From: Mobula hypostoma
Taxonomy: Eukaryota
DNA: 64,000 nucleotides
NCBI RefSeq assembly: GCF_963921235.1
Contig: NC_086109.1
Span: 2,978,001-3,042,000 of the forward strand
Direction: 5' to 3'
Positions 26,054 to 38,440 of the stretch are shown in pieces. Below the pieces are notes generated by a model. That model had not been told where the DNA came from, searched no databases, and saw only the letters and a list, made by a program, of their open reading frames with translations. Made by a program: the position numbers and the translations under genes. Within the stretch, counting starts at the first letter, position 1; each line of letters begins with the position of its first letter.

Positions 26054-27943
26054 ATAACTGGGTGCACAATCTCCGTCATTCTCTTTGCCCTTGCCATGAA
26101 TATGATGGTCAAGGCAGCTGAGGCAGAGAGTAGAGGCCCACTGACCAAGTCTGGCGTTCGGCAGCCCCCGATCAGAGCCTTTATGGACAACCTCATTGTC
26201 ACGACAACAGCAGGTGGGTCCTCCGGGGCCTGGAAAAGCTCATCGCGTGGGCAAGGATGAGCTTCAAACCAGCTAAATCCAGCTCCATGATTCTGAAGAA
26301 GGGCAAAGTGGTGGACAAGTTTCGTTTTACCTTGGATGGCACTGCAATTCCATCTATCACCGAGAAGCCAGTCAAAGGCTTGGGGAAAGTCTTCGACTGC
26401 TGCCTCAGAGATGCAGCTGCCGTCCGATCAGCTTCCAGGGAGCTTGAGAGCTGGCTCACCACGGTGGACAAGTCAGGCTTACATGGAAGGTTCAGTGCCT
26501 GGATTTTCCAGTATGGCATCCTACCCCGAATCCCATGGCCGTTACTGGTATATGACAACTGTGGAGTTGCTGGAGAGAAAGGTCAGTAACTACTTTCGAA
26601 GGTGGCTGGGCCTACCTCGTAGTCTGAGCAGCGCAGCACTGTACGGACGGTGCAATAAGCTGCGAATTCCCTTCAGCAGCCTGGACGAGGAGTTCAGGGT
26701 TTCCTGCACAAGAGAGGTGCTGCAGTACAGGGATTCCAAAGACCCTAAAGCGGCAGCAGCAGGTATCCAGGTACGGATGGGCAGGAAGTGGAAGGCACAG
26801 GAAGGGCTGGTGGTACGCTGAGACACAGGGCTCTGGTGGGGACAGTGTCAACTGGGCGAGCGGGGCTGGGCTCCGTTTCACAACCTCGCTATGACAAGGC
26901 AAAGGCAAGGACAGCCGCCAACTAGTCCTGGAGGAAGTGCGGCCTGGCGTTGAAGAGGAGAGGAATAGGAGGGTGGTGGGCATGCAGCAGCAGGGAGCAT
27001 GGACAAGGTGGGAAGGCGCGCTGGAGCAGAAAATCTCCTGGTCTGACATCTGGCAGGCAGAACCCCAGCGCATTAGATTTATGAACCAGGCTGTCTATGA
27101 TGTCTCGCCAAGCCCTGCAAACCTCCATGTCTGGGGCAAGAGCAATGCACCAGCACGTCCTCTCTGTCCAAGAAGAGGAGCACTGGGGCACATCCTTAGC
27201 AGTTGCCCTAAAGCCTTGGGGGAAGGTCGCTACTGGTGGTGTCATGACCAGATGCTGAAGCCAGTGGCAGAGAGCATTGCGATGGCCATGACCACCAGCA
27301 AACAGAGTGGTCAGAGGAAGAACATCTCCTTTGTCAGAGCCAGAGCACAGTCCCCACATCAGCCCAGACCAGCATCATCATCGGGCCTGCTTAGCACTGC
27401 AGCAGACTGGCTGCTTCAAGCTGACCTGGGGAGGCAGCTGAAGTTTCCCGACCAAATAGCAACAGCTTCACTGAGGCCGGATGTGGTCCTTTCTTCAGTG
27501 CCCTCGAAGCAGGTTGTCCTCATTGAGTTGAACCTCCCCTGGGAGGACCACATTGAGGAGACGAATGAGCAGAAGCAGGCCAGGTACCAGGAGCTGGTGG
27601 AGCAGTGCTGGAGGCAGGGCTGGGAGGCTCGCTGCGAGCCCATCGAAGTCGAGTGCAGGGGTTTTCAGGCTGCTCACTCTGCAGAGTCGACACCCTACTT
27701 GGCATCACTGGGCTGGCAAGAGGAGAGCTACAGGACCATCATAGAGAGCCTCCAGATGGCTGTGGATCAGGAGGGGTGATCAGTGGGCCAGTGCTGCTGA
27801 GACACAAGCTGGGGTCTGATCAACCCCGGCTGGGCCGCCTAGGCAAGGGGGTCTGATGTTGAAAGACCCGAAACACCCCACGACCCCAGGTTACATCACT
27901 GATGATGTGCCCCAGCGCATCGGCAGCGTGTACCTCAGGATCA
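26054..27943 (+). mobile_element. 5'-truncated HERO-like (RLE-type) non-LTR retrotransposon, pseudogenised
   Basis: RT motifs IITGCTISVILFALAMN...PPIRAFMDNL, MSFKPAKS and LPRIPWPLLVY. Also a degenerate CCHC knuckle (PLCPRRGALGHILSSC), an RHD-like motif (WCHDQ) and a PD-(D/E)xK nuclease (LRPDVV...VLIELNLPWE...KQARY). Multiple frameshifts. Confidence 0.9.
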
Positions 27944-28184
27944 CTACACGGAATGTAAATCATGTTTCTCTTTGCAATCATTTGCTTTAAGCACCACGTA
28001 CGTTAATTTGAAATCTATCAAAGCTCATTTTCAATAAATTAGTTCTCTCACCAGCATAGCTTCAATGGATGCACAGTTCAAAGCTAATTTCTCCATTGTA
28101 GAGCAACACTTACTGGGAGCAACAGAGAGAGGACTGTGATTTTAAAATCTGATGAACAGCGAGCCAGCCTATTCCTGCAGAATT
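27944..28184 (+). repeat. Right copy of ~240-bp direct duplication
   Basis: ctacacggaatgtaaatcatg...cctattcctgcagaatt, matching 25815-26053. Confidence 0.95.
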
Positions 28185-28255
28185 CAATTTGTGCTTCGAT
28201 CCATTTTCATTAAAGTTCAAAGTACATTTATTATCAAAATATGTGTGCAGTATTA

Positions 28256-28590
28256 GGGGGGGCAGGGTGGAGATACGTCTTTACCAAAGGAGGTGTAAGG
28301 AGCTCCTTCTCTCCACGGGCAAGGAGTAGCTCAGCCCCCGACCGGCGTCATGAGAAGCCATGGGAGCCAGCGGTCATATAGCAGCTGGTGCATATCGCAA
28401 GTCCTGGTTATGTGACCACTTACCCCAGGCAGACAAGTATTGACAATGGCTGGGGTCACCCACCTTATAAAGACACTGCCTGGAAGACAGCAATGGCAAA
28501 CCACTTCTGTAGTAAAATTTGCCGAGAACAGTCATGGTCATTGGAAAGACCATGATAGCCCACATCATACGACATGGCACATAATGAATG
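28256..28590 (+). mobile_element. RTE-related SINE-like element (family C)
   Basis: ggtggagatacgtctttaccaaaggaggtgtaagg...gcaatggcaaaccacttctgtag...ggcacataatgaatg. Confidence 0.8.
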
Positions 28591-29164
28591 GACGTATAGA
28601 GTATACAACCTTGCGATTCGTCCTCTTGCAGGCAGCTACAAAAGGAAGAAACCAAATAGAACCCACTTAAAGAAACCCCCCCCCGACACACACACACAAC
28701 AAGATCATCAGAGGTGCAGTAACAAAAGAACAAATCATGCAAACATCAAATAGCAAACAGAGCGTTAAACATCAAACCACAGAATCCCCGAAAGTGAGAC
28801 CACAACCACGAGCCACAGAGGTGAATGAAGCTGGTCCAGCCAGCCCAAGGCCACAGCCACCAACTCAGTTGGTTCAGCATTGTGTCGATGACCGCTGGCC
28901 ACAACCCTACACACCTAGCCCCATGCCGAAACATTTCGATCAAACAGTGAAGCATGAGGCTGATGATAGCTAACAGAAGAGAAAGTCCGTGTTGTTGAAC
29001 ACCTAGCGTCCTCTGTATGTCTATAGAATGGAATATGATACCATTGATTAACAAACTGGGTGCAGCAATGCTATTCTGAGCTCAAACAAGCTGAATTTTA
29101 AGAGAATGCACTGCCCTCCCACTGGGAGTTTATTCACAAGTGCACTGCCCACTAGGGTTAGTGG

Positions 29165-29670
29165 AAGGATGTGGAGGCTTTGGAGAAGCTGCAAAGAGGT
29201 TCGCCAGGATGCCGCCTGGATCAGATGGTTTTAACTGTAAGATATGAGGAGAAGTTGTACAAACTTGGATTGTTTAGTCTGAAGCGTCAGAGGCTGAGGG
29301 GAAACCTAGGGAAAGTACAAGTATATGAAAGGAGAGAGGCATAGAGAGAGTAGATAGCCAGCAGCTTTTTTCCCAAGTAATATATAGTGCCAGAGGGTGT
29401 GCATTTAATAAGAGAAGGTGTAAGTTTAAAGAAAATGTGCTGGGCAGGATTTTTTCACAGAGCGCTGGGTGCCTGGAATGCATTGTCAGGGGCGGTGGGG
29501 GAGAGAGGGATACAATATACGGTTAAACAGGAATATGAATATGAAGAAAATGGAGGAATTGGTCATATGCAGGTAGAAAGGATTTAGTTTTATTTGGCAT
29601 TGTGCTTCCCAGCAGACTTCATCAGTAGAATGGTTAGTCCGTGTGTTGTACAGTTCCATCCTATTCTATT
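29165..29670 (+). mobile_element. CR1 3' fragment, decayed
   Basis: ggaaggatgtggaggctttggagaag, cagagcgctgggtgcctggaatgcattg and a CR1-like tail. Confidence 0.7.
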
Positions 29671-30304
29671 AGACAGTGTACTGCCCACTGCAGTTGAATG
29701 AGCTCAAACAAATTAATCTGCTCTGCTGACTGTATCTACTGTTGGATCTCAATCATAGATCAAAAGAGTATCCTTTTCACTATTGTTGAAGTTCCTGCCT
29801 ATAAGCTAATCAGTTCAGTACTTTTGTGTATAGATCCCTGTGGGTAGACACTGTTAAATCACTGGGGAGGGATAACAATAGTTCTCAGTCACCCAGTAAT
29901 TGCTTCTCGATGTCACCAGTATTAACACAAGCTAGAGAAAATTGCTTAGAGATTTATCGTGCTGCCATTTTCAACATTTAGTGGTTTTCCTGGATGTCAT
30001 TGTTTTTACGTTGGCTTGAGTGGCCCAGTGGTCATTCCTGGGCCATTCCAGAAACACCCACACTGGTTCCATAAGAATTTTCAGGATAATCTCTTCAATG
30101 TACGTTGCTGAGTGATATCCGTAACCCAGTTTTCATTCTGTCACTTTCCTCTGCCTTCAGGAGAATCTTAGACTATTTGCCCCTCTTGCAGTTGCTGAGG
30201 TGGAATATTCTGAGGGGGAGGGTATTGGAAAGAGCAAGAGGGAGATGAAATTTGATGAAGCAAGTCAGACAGCATCTATGAAAACAAATAAGCAGTTGAT
30301 GATT

Positions 30305-31128
30305 TGGATCAATTTCACTGGTTCAATTTTATATCGGAGAATGTATACAGTATACAACCTGAAACTCTTACTCTTCGCAGACATCCACAAAACAGACAAA
30401 TAAGCAAAGAATGAATGACAGAAACATTAAACCTCAAAAGCCCCCCTCCACCCTCAAGCAGCAGCAAAAGCATTAACCCTTCCATCCCCCTCTCCCCACT
30501 TGTACCAGCAAAAGCAATGACTGCCCCCAACCCCACCAAGCAAGCAATAGGAAGGGCCCCAAAGAGACAATGACCTAGAGCCCATCAAAAAGCTACAGTC
30601 CATAAGCCAGCACTTTGGTGTCTCAGTCAGCCTCCCCTTCTCACTAGCGAGGGAGAAAGAAGTCACTCCTGCAACAAGCGAGAGTGGGAGACCAGCAGTT
30701 CACAGTTTCGACTTTACAGTCTTTCGTGTTGCTTCTGCAAGTCCCCGACTCGTGGACCAACAGGCTCTCACCCACCATCGAGAGAGAGAGAGAGAGAGAT
30801 CGATTGAGTACAGGGGCTATCTTCTGACAGCAACGCATGCCATCTGAGGAACTGGGTTTTCCGCTCCACGCGGTCGCACCGTGAAGGCGCATGTCTTCTA
30901 GGCTGCACCAAGAGATATCGAAAGGTCAGACTGAATGGTGAATCCGAGAATGAGGACACACCACATGAGGAGAGCCGTAGTTTCAGGTGCAGCTGTAGAT
31001 CACAGACTCTGACAGGACCCCAGCCCCCTTGAAAGCAAAAGAGGATCACAAGAAAAGAAGAATAAGCTGTTTCGCAGATGAACCGAAAGAAGTTGCCTGG
31101 GTCTGAAAAAATCTCTGGCACCATGTTT
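30305..31128 (-). mobile_element. Non-autonomous short retroelement (family B)
   Basis: The minus strand starts AAACATGGTGCC and ends ttcaggttgtatactgtatacattctccgatataaaattgaacc. Homologs lie at 31868-32445 (-) and ~46450-46830 (+). Confidence 0.7.
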
Positions 31129-31129
31129 C

Positions 31130-31745
31130 CTAGCTCCTCTCACTCTTCTTCAGGATTGGAAAGGAAGGGGGAAGATGACAGAATAAAAAGGTTGAGGAAG
31201 GGAACGAGACTGGCCTGAAGGTGATAGGTGAAGTCAGGTGGGTAGGAAAGAAAAAGGGCTGGAGAGGAAGGAACCTGATAGGACCGGAGAGTGGGAAAGG
31301 AGAAAGGGAAGTAGGAGGGGACCGGGGGTGGGGGGGTGGGAGATGATAGGCAGGTGAGAAGGAGGAAGGGACCAAAGTGGGGATTAGAAGAAGAGGGGAG
31401 CGGTAGGGATTTTTTTACTGGGAGAAGAAATTGATATTTATGCCATCGGGTTGGAGGCCACCCAGACAGAATATAAGGTGTTGTTCCTCCACCCCGAGGG
31501 TGGCCTCATCGTGGCAAACCATGAACTGATATGTCGGAATTGGAACTAAAATCTTTGGTCATTGAGAAGTTCCACTTTTGATGAAGCAGGTGCTTGACGA
31601 AGCGGTCCCCCAATTCACAACAGGTCTCACTAAAGTGGAGAAAACTGCAATGGGGCCTCTGGATACAGCATATGACCCCAGTAGGTTTACAGGTGAAGTG
31701 TTGCCTCACCTGGAAGAACTGCTTGGGGCCCTAAATGGAGGTGAA
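31130..31745 (-). mobile_element. Penelope-like element fragment (GIY-YIG plus pyrimidine-rich UTR)
   Basis: RQHFTCKPTGVICCIQ...ETCCELGDRFVKHL. Homologous to 58620-59510. Confidence 0.8.
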
Positions 31746-31867
31746 GGAGACATCGAAAAAGGGGAGGGAGAAATGGACCTAGTGAATTTAAGGGTAGGGT
31801 GGAAGTTGGAGGCAAAGTTGATAAAATCAACAAGCACCACAAGGGTGTATGAAGCAGCACCACTGGT

Positions 31868-32445
31868 TCAATGGCTCATTTAATATCAGAAGGTGGATAC
31901 AGTATACATCCTGAAATTCCTACTCTTCATGGATATCCACTAAACAAAAAAAACCTGAAAGAATAAATGACAGAAACGTTAGAACCCCAAAGTCCCCGTC
32001 TCCCCTCCCATGCACAAGCTGCAGCAAAAGCATTAACCCTCCCCCCACTTGTTCCAGCAACCCGTTCCCCACCACACGAGCAACAGCAAAGCCCCCAAAG
32101 AGCCCATGATTTAGAGTCCATCAAGAAACAACAGTCCGTCCCAACACTTTGGTGTCTCTCACTAGCGAGGGAGAGAGAGGTCACTCCTGCAACAAATGAG
32201 AGCAGGACACCATTGGGCTGGGCACCCCAGGCCACACCTGGCAATATGAAAATGCCAGGCCACACAGTGAGTCCGAGAACTCGTTGGTAGAGAACCACAG
32301 CTTCAGCAGCGCCCGCAGATCATGGACTCCGACAGGACTCCAGCCACCTTGAAAAATAAAGGACAAGAGGAAAGAAGAGTAAACTGTTTTGCAGGCGAAC
32401 TGGAAGATGTCGCTTGGGTCTGCAAAACCTTTGGCACCAACATTT
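31868..32445 (-). mobile_element. Non-autonomous short retroelement (family B), second copy
   Basis: Collinear with 30305-31128 (gcagcaaaagcattaaccct, cactagcgagggagagagaggtcactcctgcaacaa). Confidence 0.7.
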
Positions 32446-33039
32446 CTAGCCTTGCCATGCAGCTGTCAATCTAGTGGAGAAAGAGTTGGGGAGCATTACC
32501 AAAGAGGGCTTGGAACATGGAACGTTCTACGTAGTTCGACAATATTTGATAAGTTGGCCTAACCACTGGAATAAGTTTAAATTGTATAACTGTGGCAAAC
32601 TTTTTTGAGAGCATATGCCCGAATTGGCAATAATCTTCTAAAATATTCTCTAGCATGCCATAGTAATTTTGAGCAGAAATTATCATTGATAAATGAATTA
32701 GTAACAATAATTATGGACCTTTTAATGAAAAATTATTCATCCTGTGCATTTGTTGTTTTGATATCAATAAAAGTATGAGACAGATTGAAATAAACGAATC
32801 ATTTTAGAAAACCTATTCAAAAATTATTAATATTAATCTTTAAAAGACAATTGAAAAATAACATCATTTCTAAATAGTATAGTAATCGTACCTCATGTAT
32901 AACATAAGAAACATTGATGTTCAGTATTGACTCACAAATGAAGAAAAACTCTTGGCAGAGCGAAGCCAATGTCAACTGGCCCATCCGTCTACTGCACAAA
33001 ACTGATGCGCACATCAGCTCTGCGAGGATTTCAAAACAT

Positions 33040-36000
33040 CCTGCAGTCTCCCAGATGGCCACATCTGCACCAGGTGCGTCAAGCTGCAGCAACTTAGGGA
33101 CCGGGTTAGGGAACTGGAGATGCAGCTCAATGACCTTCGTCTGGTCAGGGAGAGTGAGGAAGTGATAGAGAGGGGTTACAGGCAGGTGGTCACACCGGGG
33201 ACTTGGGAGACAGGTAAGTGGGTAACAGTCAGGAGAGGGAAGGGCAAGAGTCAGATACTAGAGGGTACCCCTGTGGCTGTCCAGCTTAACGATAAGTACT
33301 CCTGTTTGAGTACCGTTGGGGGGGGGGGATGGCCTACTTGGGGGAGGCAACAGTGGCCACGCCTCTGGTACAGAGTCTGGGCCTGTGGCTCAGAAGGGTA
33401 GGGTAAGGGAGAGGATGGCAGCAGTAACAAAGGACTCTATAGTTAGGGGGTCAGACAGGCGATTCTGTGGATGCAGGAAAGAAACACGGATGGTTGTCTG
33501 CCTCCCAGGTGCCAGGGTCCGGGATGTTTCTGATCACGCTCATGATATCCTGAAGTAGGAAGAAGAACAGCCAGAGGTCGTGGTACATATTGGTACCAAC
33601 GACATAGGTAGGAAAAGGGAGGAGGTCCTGAAAACAGACTACAGAGAGTTAGGAAGGAAGTTGAGAAGCAGGACTACAAAGGTAGTGATCTCGGGATTAC
33701 TGCCTGTGCCATGTGACAGTGAGTATAGGAATAGAATGAGGTGGAGGATAAATGAGTGGCTGAGGGATTGAAGCAGGAGGCAGGGATTCAGATTTATGGA
33801 TCATTGGGACCTCTTTTGTGGCAGGCGTGAGCTGTACAAAAAGGATGGGTTGCACTTGAATCCAAGGGGGACCAGTATCCTGTCTGGGAAGTTTGCTAAA
33901 GCTATTGGGGAGAGTTTAAAATAGAATTGCTGGGGAGGGAGTGGGAACCAAACTGAGGAGATGGAGGAAGGGGAGGTTAGCTCACAAATAGAGAAAGCTT
34001 GGAGACAGTACGAGAGGGAAGATAGGCAGGTGATAGAGAAGGGATACGCTCAGACCGATGGTTTCAGATGTGTCTATTTTAATGCAATGAGTATTATGAA
34101 CAAAGCAGATAAGCTTAAGCATGGATCAGTACTTGGAGCTACGATGTTGTGGCCATTACAGCGACTTGGATAGCTCAGGGGCAGGAATGGTTACTTAGAG
34201 TGCCAGGCTACAGATGTTTCAGAAAGGTCAAGGAGGGAGGCATAAGAGGTGGGAGTGTAGCACTGTTGATCAGAGATAGTGTCACGGCTGCAGAAAAGGA
34301 GGAAGTCATGGTGGGATTGTCTATGGAGTCTCTGTGGGTGGCAGTTAGGAACAGGAAGGGGTCAATAACTCTACTGGGTGTTTTTATAGACCACCCAATA
34401 GTAACTGGGACATCAAGGAGCTGATAGGGAGACAGATTCTGCAAAGGTGTAATAATAACAGGGTTGTCGGGATGGGAGATTTTAATTTCCCAAATATTGA
34501 TTGGCATCTCCCTAGAGCAAGAATATTAGACAGGGTGGAGTTTGTTAGGTGTATTCAGGAAGGTTTCTTGGCACAATATGTAGATAAGCCTACAAGAGGA
34601 GAGACTGTCCTTGATCTGGTATTGGGAAATGAACCCAATCAGGTGTCAGGTCTCTCAGTGGGAGAGCATTTTGGAGATAGTGATCACAATTCTATCTCCC
34701 TTACTATAGCATTGGAGAGGGATAGGAACAGACAAGATAGGAAAGCGTTTAATTGGAGTAAGGGGAAATATGAGGCTATCAGGCAGGAATTTGGAAGCAT
34801 AAATTGGGAACAGATGTTCTCAGGCAGAAATGTGGCAAATGTTCAGGGGATATTTGCGTGAAGTTTTGCATAGGTACGTTCTAATGAGACAGGGAAAGGA
34901 TGGTAGGGTACAGGAACCATGGTTATACAAAGGCTGTTGAAAAGCTTACGAAAGGTTCCAAAATCTAGGTAAAGACAGAGATCTAGAAGATTATAAGGCT
35001 AGGAGGAAGGAACTTAAGAATGAAATTAGGAGAGCCAGATGGGGCCATGAGAAGACCTTGGTGGGCAGGATTAAGGAAAACCCCAAGGCATTCTACAAGT
35101 ATGTGAAGAGCAAGAGGAAAGGAGAATAGGACCAATCAAGAGTGATAGTGGAAGAGTGTGTATGGAACCGGAGGAGATAGCAGAGGTACTTAATGAATAC
35201 TTTGCTTCAGTATTCACTACAGACAAAGATCTTGGCGATTGTAGGGATGACTTACAGCAGACTGAAAAACTTAAGCATATAGATATTAGGAAAGAGGATG
35301 TGCTGGAGCTTTTGGGAAGCATCAGGTTGGATAAGTCACTGGGACCGGATGAGATGTACCGCAGGTTACTGTGGGAGGTGAGGGATGAGATTGCTGAGCC
35401 TCTGGTGATAATCTTTGCATCATCAATGGGGACTGGAGAGGTTCTAGAGAATTGGAAGTTTGCAGATGTTGTTCCCTTATTCAAGAAAGGGAGTAGAGAT
35501 AGCCCAGTGAGTCTTACGTCAGTGGTTGGTAAGTTGATGGAGAAGATCCTTAGAGACAGGATTTATGAACATTTGGGGAGGCATAATATGATTAGGAATA
35601 GTCAGCATGGCTTTGTGAAAGGCAGGTCATGTCTTACGAGCCTGATGAATTTTTTGAGGATGTGACTAAACACACTGATGAAGGTAGAGCAGTAGATGTA
35701 GTGTATATGGATTTCAGCAAGGCATTTGATAAGATACCCCATGTAAGGTAATTGAGAAAGTAAGGTGGTATGGGTTGAAGGGAATATTGCTTTGTGGATC
35801 CAGAATTGGCTTGCCCACAGAAGGGAAAGTGTGGTTGTGGATGGGTCATATTCTTCATGGAGGTCAGTGACCAGCGGTGTGCCTCAAGGATCTGTTCTGG
35901 GACCCCTACTCTTTCTGATTTTTATAAATGACCTGGATGAGGAAGTGGAGGGATGAGTTAGTTTAATTTGCTCATGACACAAAAGTTGGGGTGTTATGGA

Positions 36001-36870
36001 TAGTGTGGAGGACTGTCAGACGTTACAGCGGGACATCAATAGGATGCAAAACTGGGCTGAGAAGTGGCAGATGGAGTTCAACCCAGATAAGTGTGAGGTG
36101 GTTCATTTTGATAGGTCAAATATGATGGCGGAATATAGTAGTAATGGTAAGACAGTTGGCAGTGTGGAGGATCAGAGGGATCTTGGGGTCTGAATTCATA
36201 GGACACTCAAAGCTGCTGCGCAGGTTGACTGTGGTTAAGAAGGCATACTGTGCACTGGCCTTCACCAATCATGGGATTGAGTTTAGGAGCCGAGAGGAAA
36301 TGTTGCAGCTACATAGGACCCTGGTCAGACCCCACTTGGAGTACTGTGCTCAGTTCTGGTCACCTCACTACAGGAAGGATGTGGAAACTATAGAAAGGGT
36401 GCAGAGGAGATTTACAAGGATGTTGCCTGGATTGGGGAGCATGCCTTATGAGAATAGGTTGAGTGATCTCGGTCTTTTCTCCTTGCAGCAACGGAGGATG
36501 ACAGGTGACCTGATAGAGGTATATAAGATGATGAAAGGCATTGATTGTGTGGATAGTCACAGGCTTTTTCCCAGGGCTGAAATGACTAACAGGAAAGGGC
36601 ATAGTTTTAAGGTGTTTGGAAGTAGGTACAGAGGAGTTGTTAGGGGTAATTTTTTACAGAGAGTGGTGAGTGCATGGAATGAGCTGCTGGTGACATTGGT
36701 GGAGGAGGATGCGATAGGGCCTTTGAAGAGACTCCTGTATAGGTACATGCAACTTCGAAAATTAGAGGGCTATGGGTAACTTTAGGTAATTTCTAAAGTA
36801 AGTACATGTCCTGCACAGCATTGTGGGCCGAAGGGCCTGTATTGCGCTGTAGGTTTTCTATGTTTTCTCA
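33040..36870 (+). mobile_element. Near-full-length CR1 LINE (ORF1 with SGNH esterase, ORF2 APE-RT), pseudogenised
   Basis: ORF1: HICTRC zinc finger, coiled coil, DSIVRG, CLPGARV, VHIGTNDIG, DGLHLN. ORF2: [59 protein letters not shown]. The tail is ttttctatgtttt. Confidence 0.95.
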
Positions 36871-37859
36871 TGTCAACCTTCTCGCTGGTGCCTGTGAGAA
36901 CATCACACTGCTCCTGTGTAGTGAAATATTATTCACTACTTCAACAGGCAGTTAAGATACTCAGTATGTAACTGTTTTATTCTGGGTGGGGTTTAAAGAA
37001 TTGAGGGGCAGATCTGCATGCCGTGTGCTAACAAAACAACACAGTTCATCACCTCAGGAAGGTCTCGGTTTATGTTTTATGTCTTTTTTAATTCTCATCT
37101 AAGTCAAATTCAAATTATATTTATTACCAAAGTACATGTAATTACATAACCTTGAGATTTACGCTCCCACAGGTGGCCACGAAACAAAGAAACATCATGG
37201 ATCCCGTTCAAAGAAAACATCAAACATCCAACCCATGAAAAAAGGAACAAATCGCGCATATGGCAAAAAGCCAGCGAATAACACACAGATTATTAAACAG
37301 CAAACCGTCAAGTCCTCAGAACTGTCTGGAAGTGTTCGAGTTTTGTTCGGTTTAGCGCTGTGTCGTTCGTTGACTGCAGGCTGCGGAGCCAGTCTGTGCT
37401 GAAGTGCCCCAATAAAAGCGGGCAAAATAGCAGAAAGGAAGTAACCAGAAACCGGGAACACATGCAACATGAACAGCAGACTCCTCCAAAGAGCGAATCC
37501 ACAGCCATGGGCAGCACCAGCGGAATCTTGCAGCATGACGGAGATTCCGGCGGCCGCAAGCAAGAGGGAGAAAGAGACTGGTAAAATGAAGACAGTCAGT
37601 GCTGAACACCTGCTCACCTTCCACTCTCGTCTTTGTCATTTTCAATCTTGGCTAACATTTTAATCGGTGAGGAGTAATGGAGCCGATCTTGAACGAATAA
37701 AAAGGTTCAATGCTTTTATGCTTAAATAGTTCTTCATTTCTCAGTAAATGGTCTGGAAATTTTACCCAGTTCCACAGTACGCATAAATTGTCAAAAATTT
37801 AACAATTAAGGAAACTATTTTCAGATTTTAACATCAACAAGACTAACAGGAATTTGAAG

Positions 37860-38285
37860 AAGATTCACAGTACAGGACCCTGTACCAGTGCACAGGATCG
37901 AAATAAGCTGCAGAAAGTTGTCACCTCATGGGCTCTAGCTTCCATAGTATCCAGGACATCTTCAAGGAGCGATGCCTCAGAAAGGCAGCGTCCATCATTC
38001 AGGGCCACCATCACCCAGGACTTGCCCTGCTCTCATTGCTACCATCAGGAAGGAGGTACAGAAGCCTGAAGGCACAAACTCAGTGATCAGGAACAGCTTC
38101 TTCCCCTCTGCCATCTAATTTCTGAATGGACATTTGCACTACTCATTTAATTTAACTATTTACTATATATACTTACTTTAATCCACATTTTTGTCTACTA
38201 TTATGTATTGCATTGTACTGCTGCCACAAAGACAACAAATTTCACAACACGTGCCAGGGATATTAAACGTGTTTCTGATTCTGAA
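37860..38285 (+). mobile_element. Rex1/Babar 3' fragment
   Basis: AQDRNKLQKVV, ctaccatcaggaaggaggtacagaagcctgaagg and a tctgattctga tail. Confidence 0.8.
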
Positions 38286-38344
38286 GAGGTCTAGAAATAT
38301 GTCAGCTGATCAGAAAGGAAGAGAAAGGAAAAGGGATGTACAGC

Positions 38345-38440
38345 CAACACACATCAAAGTTGCTGGTGAACACAGCAGGCCAGGCAGCATCTCTAGGAAG
38401 AGGTACAGTCGACGTTCCAGGCCGAGACCCTTCATCAGGG
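38345..38440 (-). mobile_element. PLE-derived mini-insert with hammerhead-like core (GAAAC mutated to GGAAC)
   Basis: The minus strand reads cctgatgaagggtctcggcctggaacgtcgactg. Imperfect TSD agggatgtacagc / agggatgttgcagc. Confidence 0.75.

Noticed and set aside
27855..27910. CTGATG, GAAAC and CTGATGA in the HERO 3'UTR suggested a permuted hammerhead
   Set aside because: Stems II and III cannot be formed in the required register, and the CTGATGA lies inside a simple hairpin.
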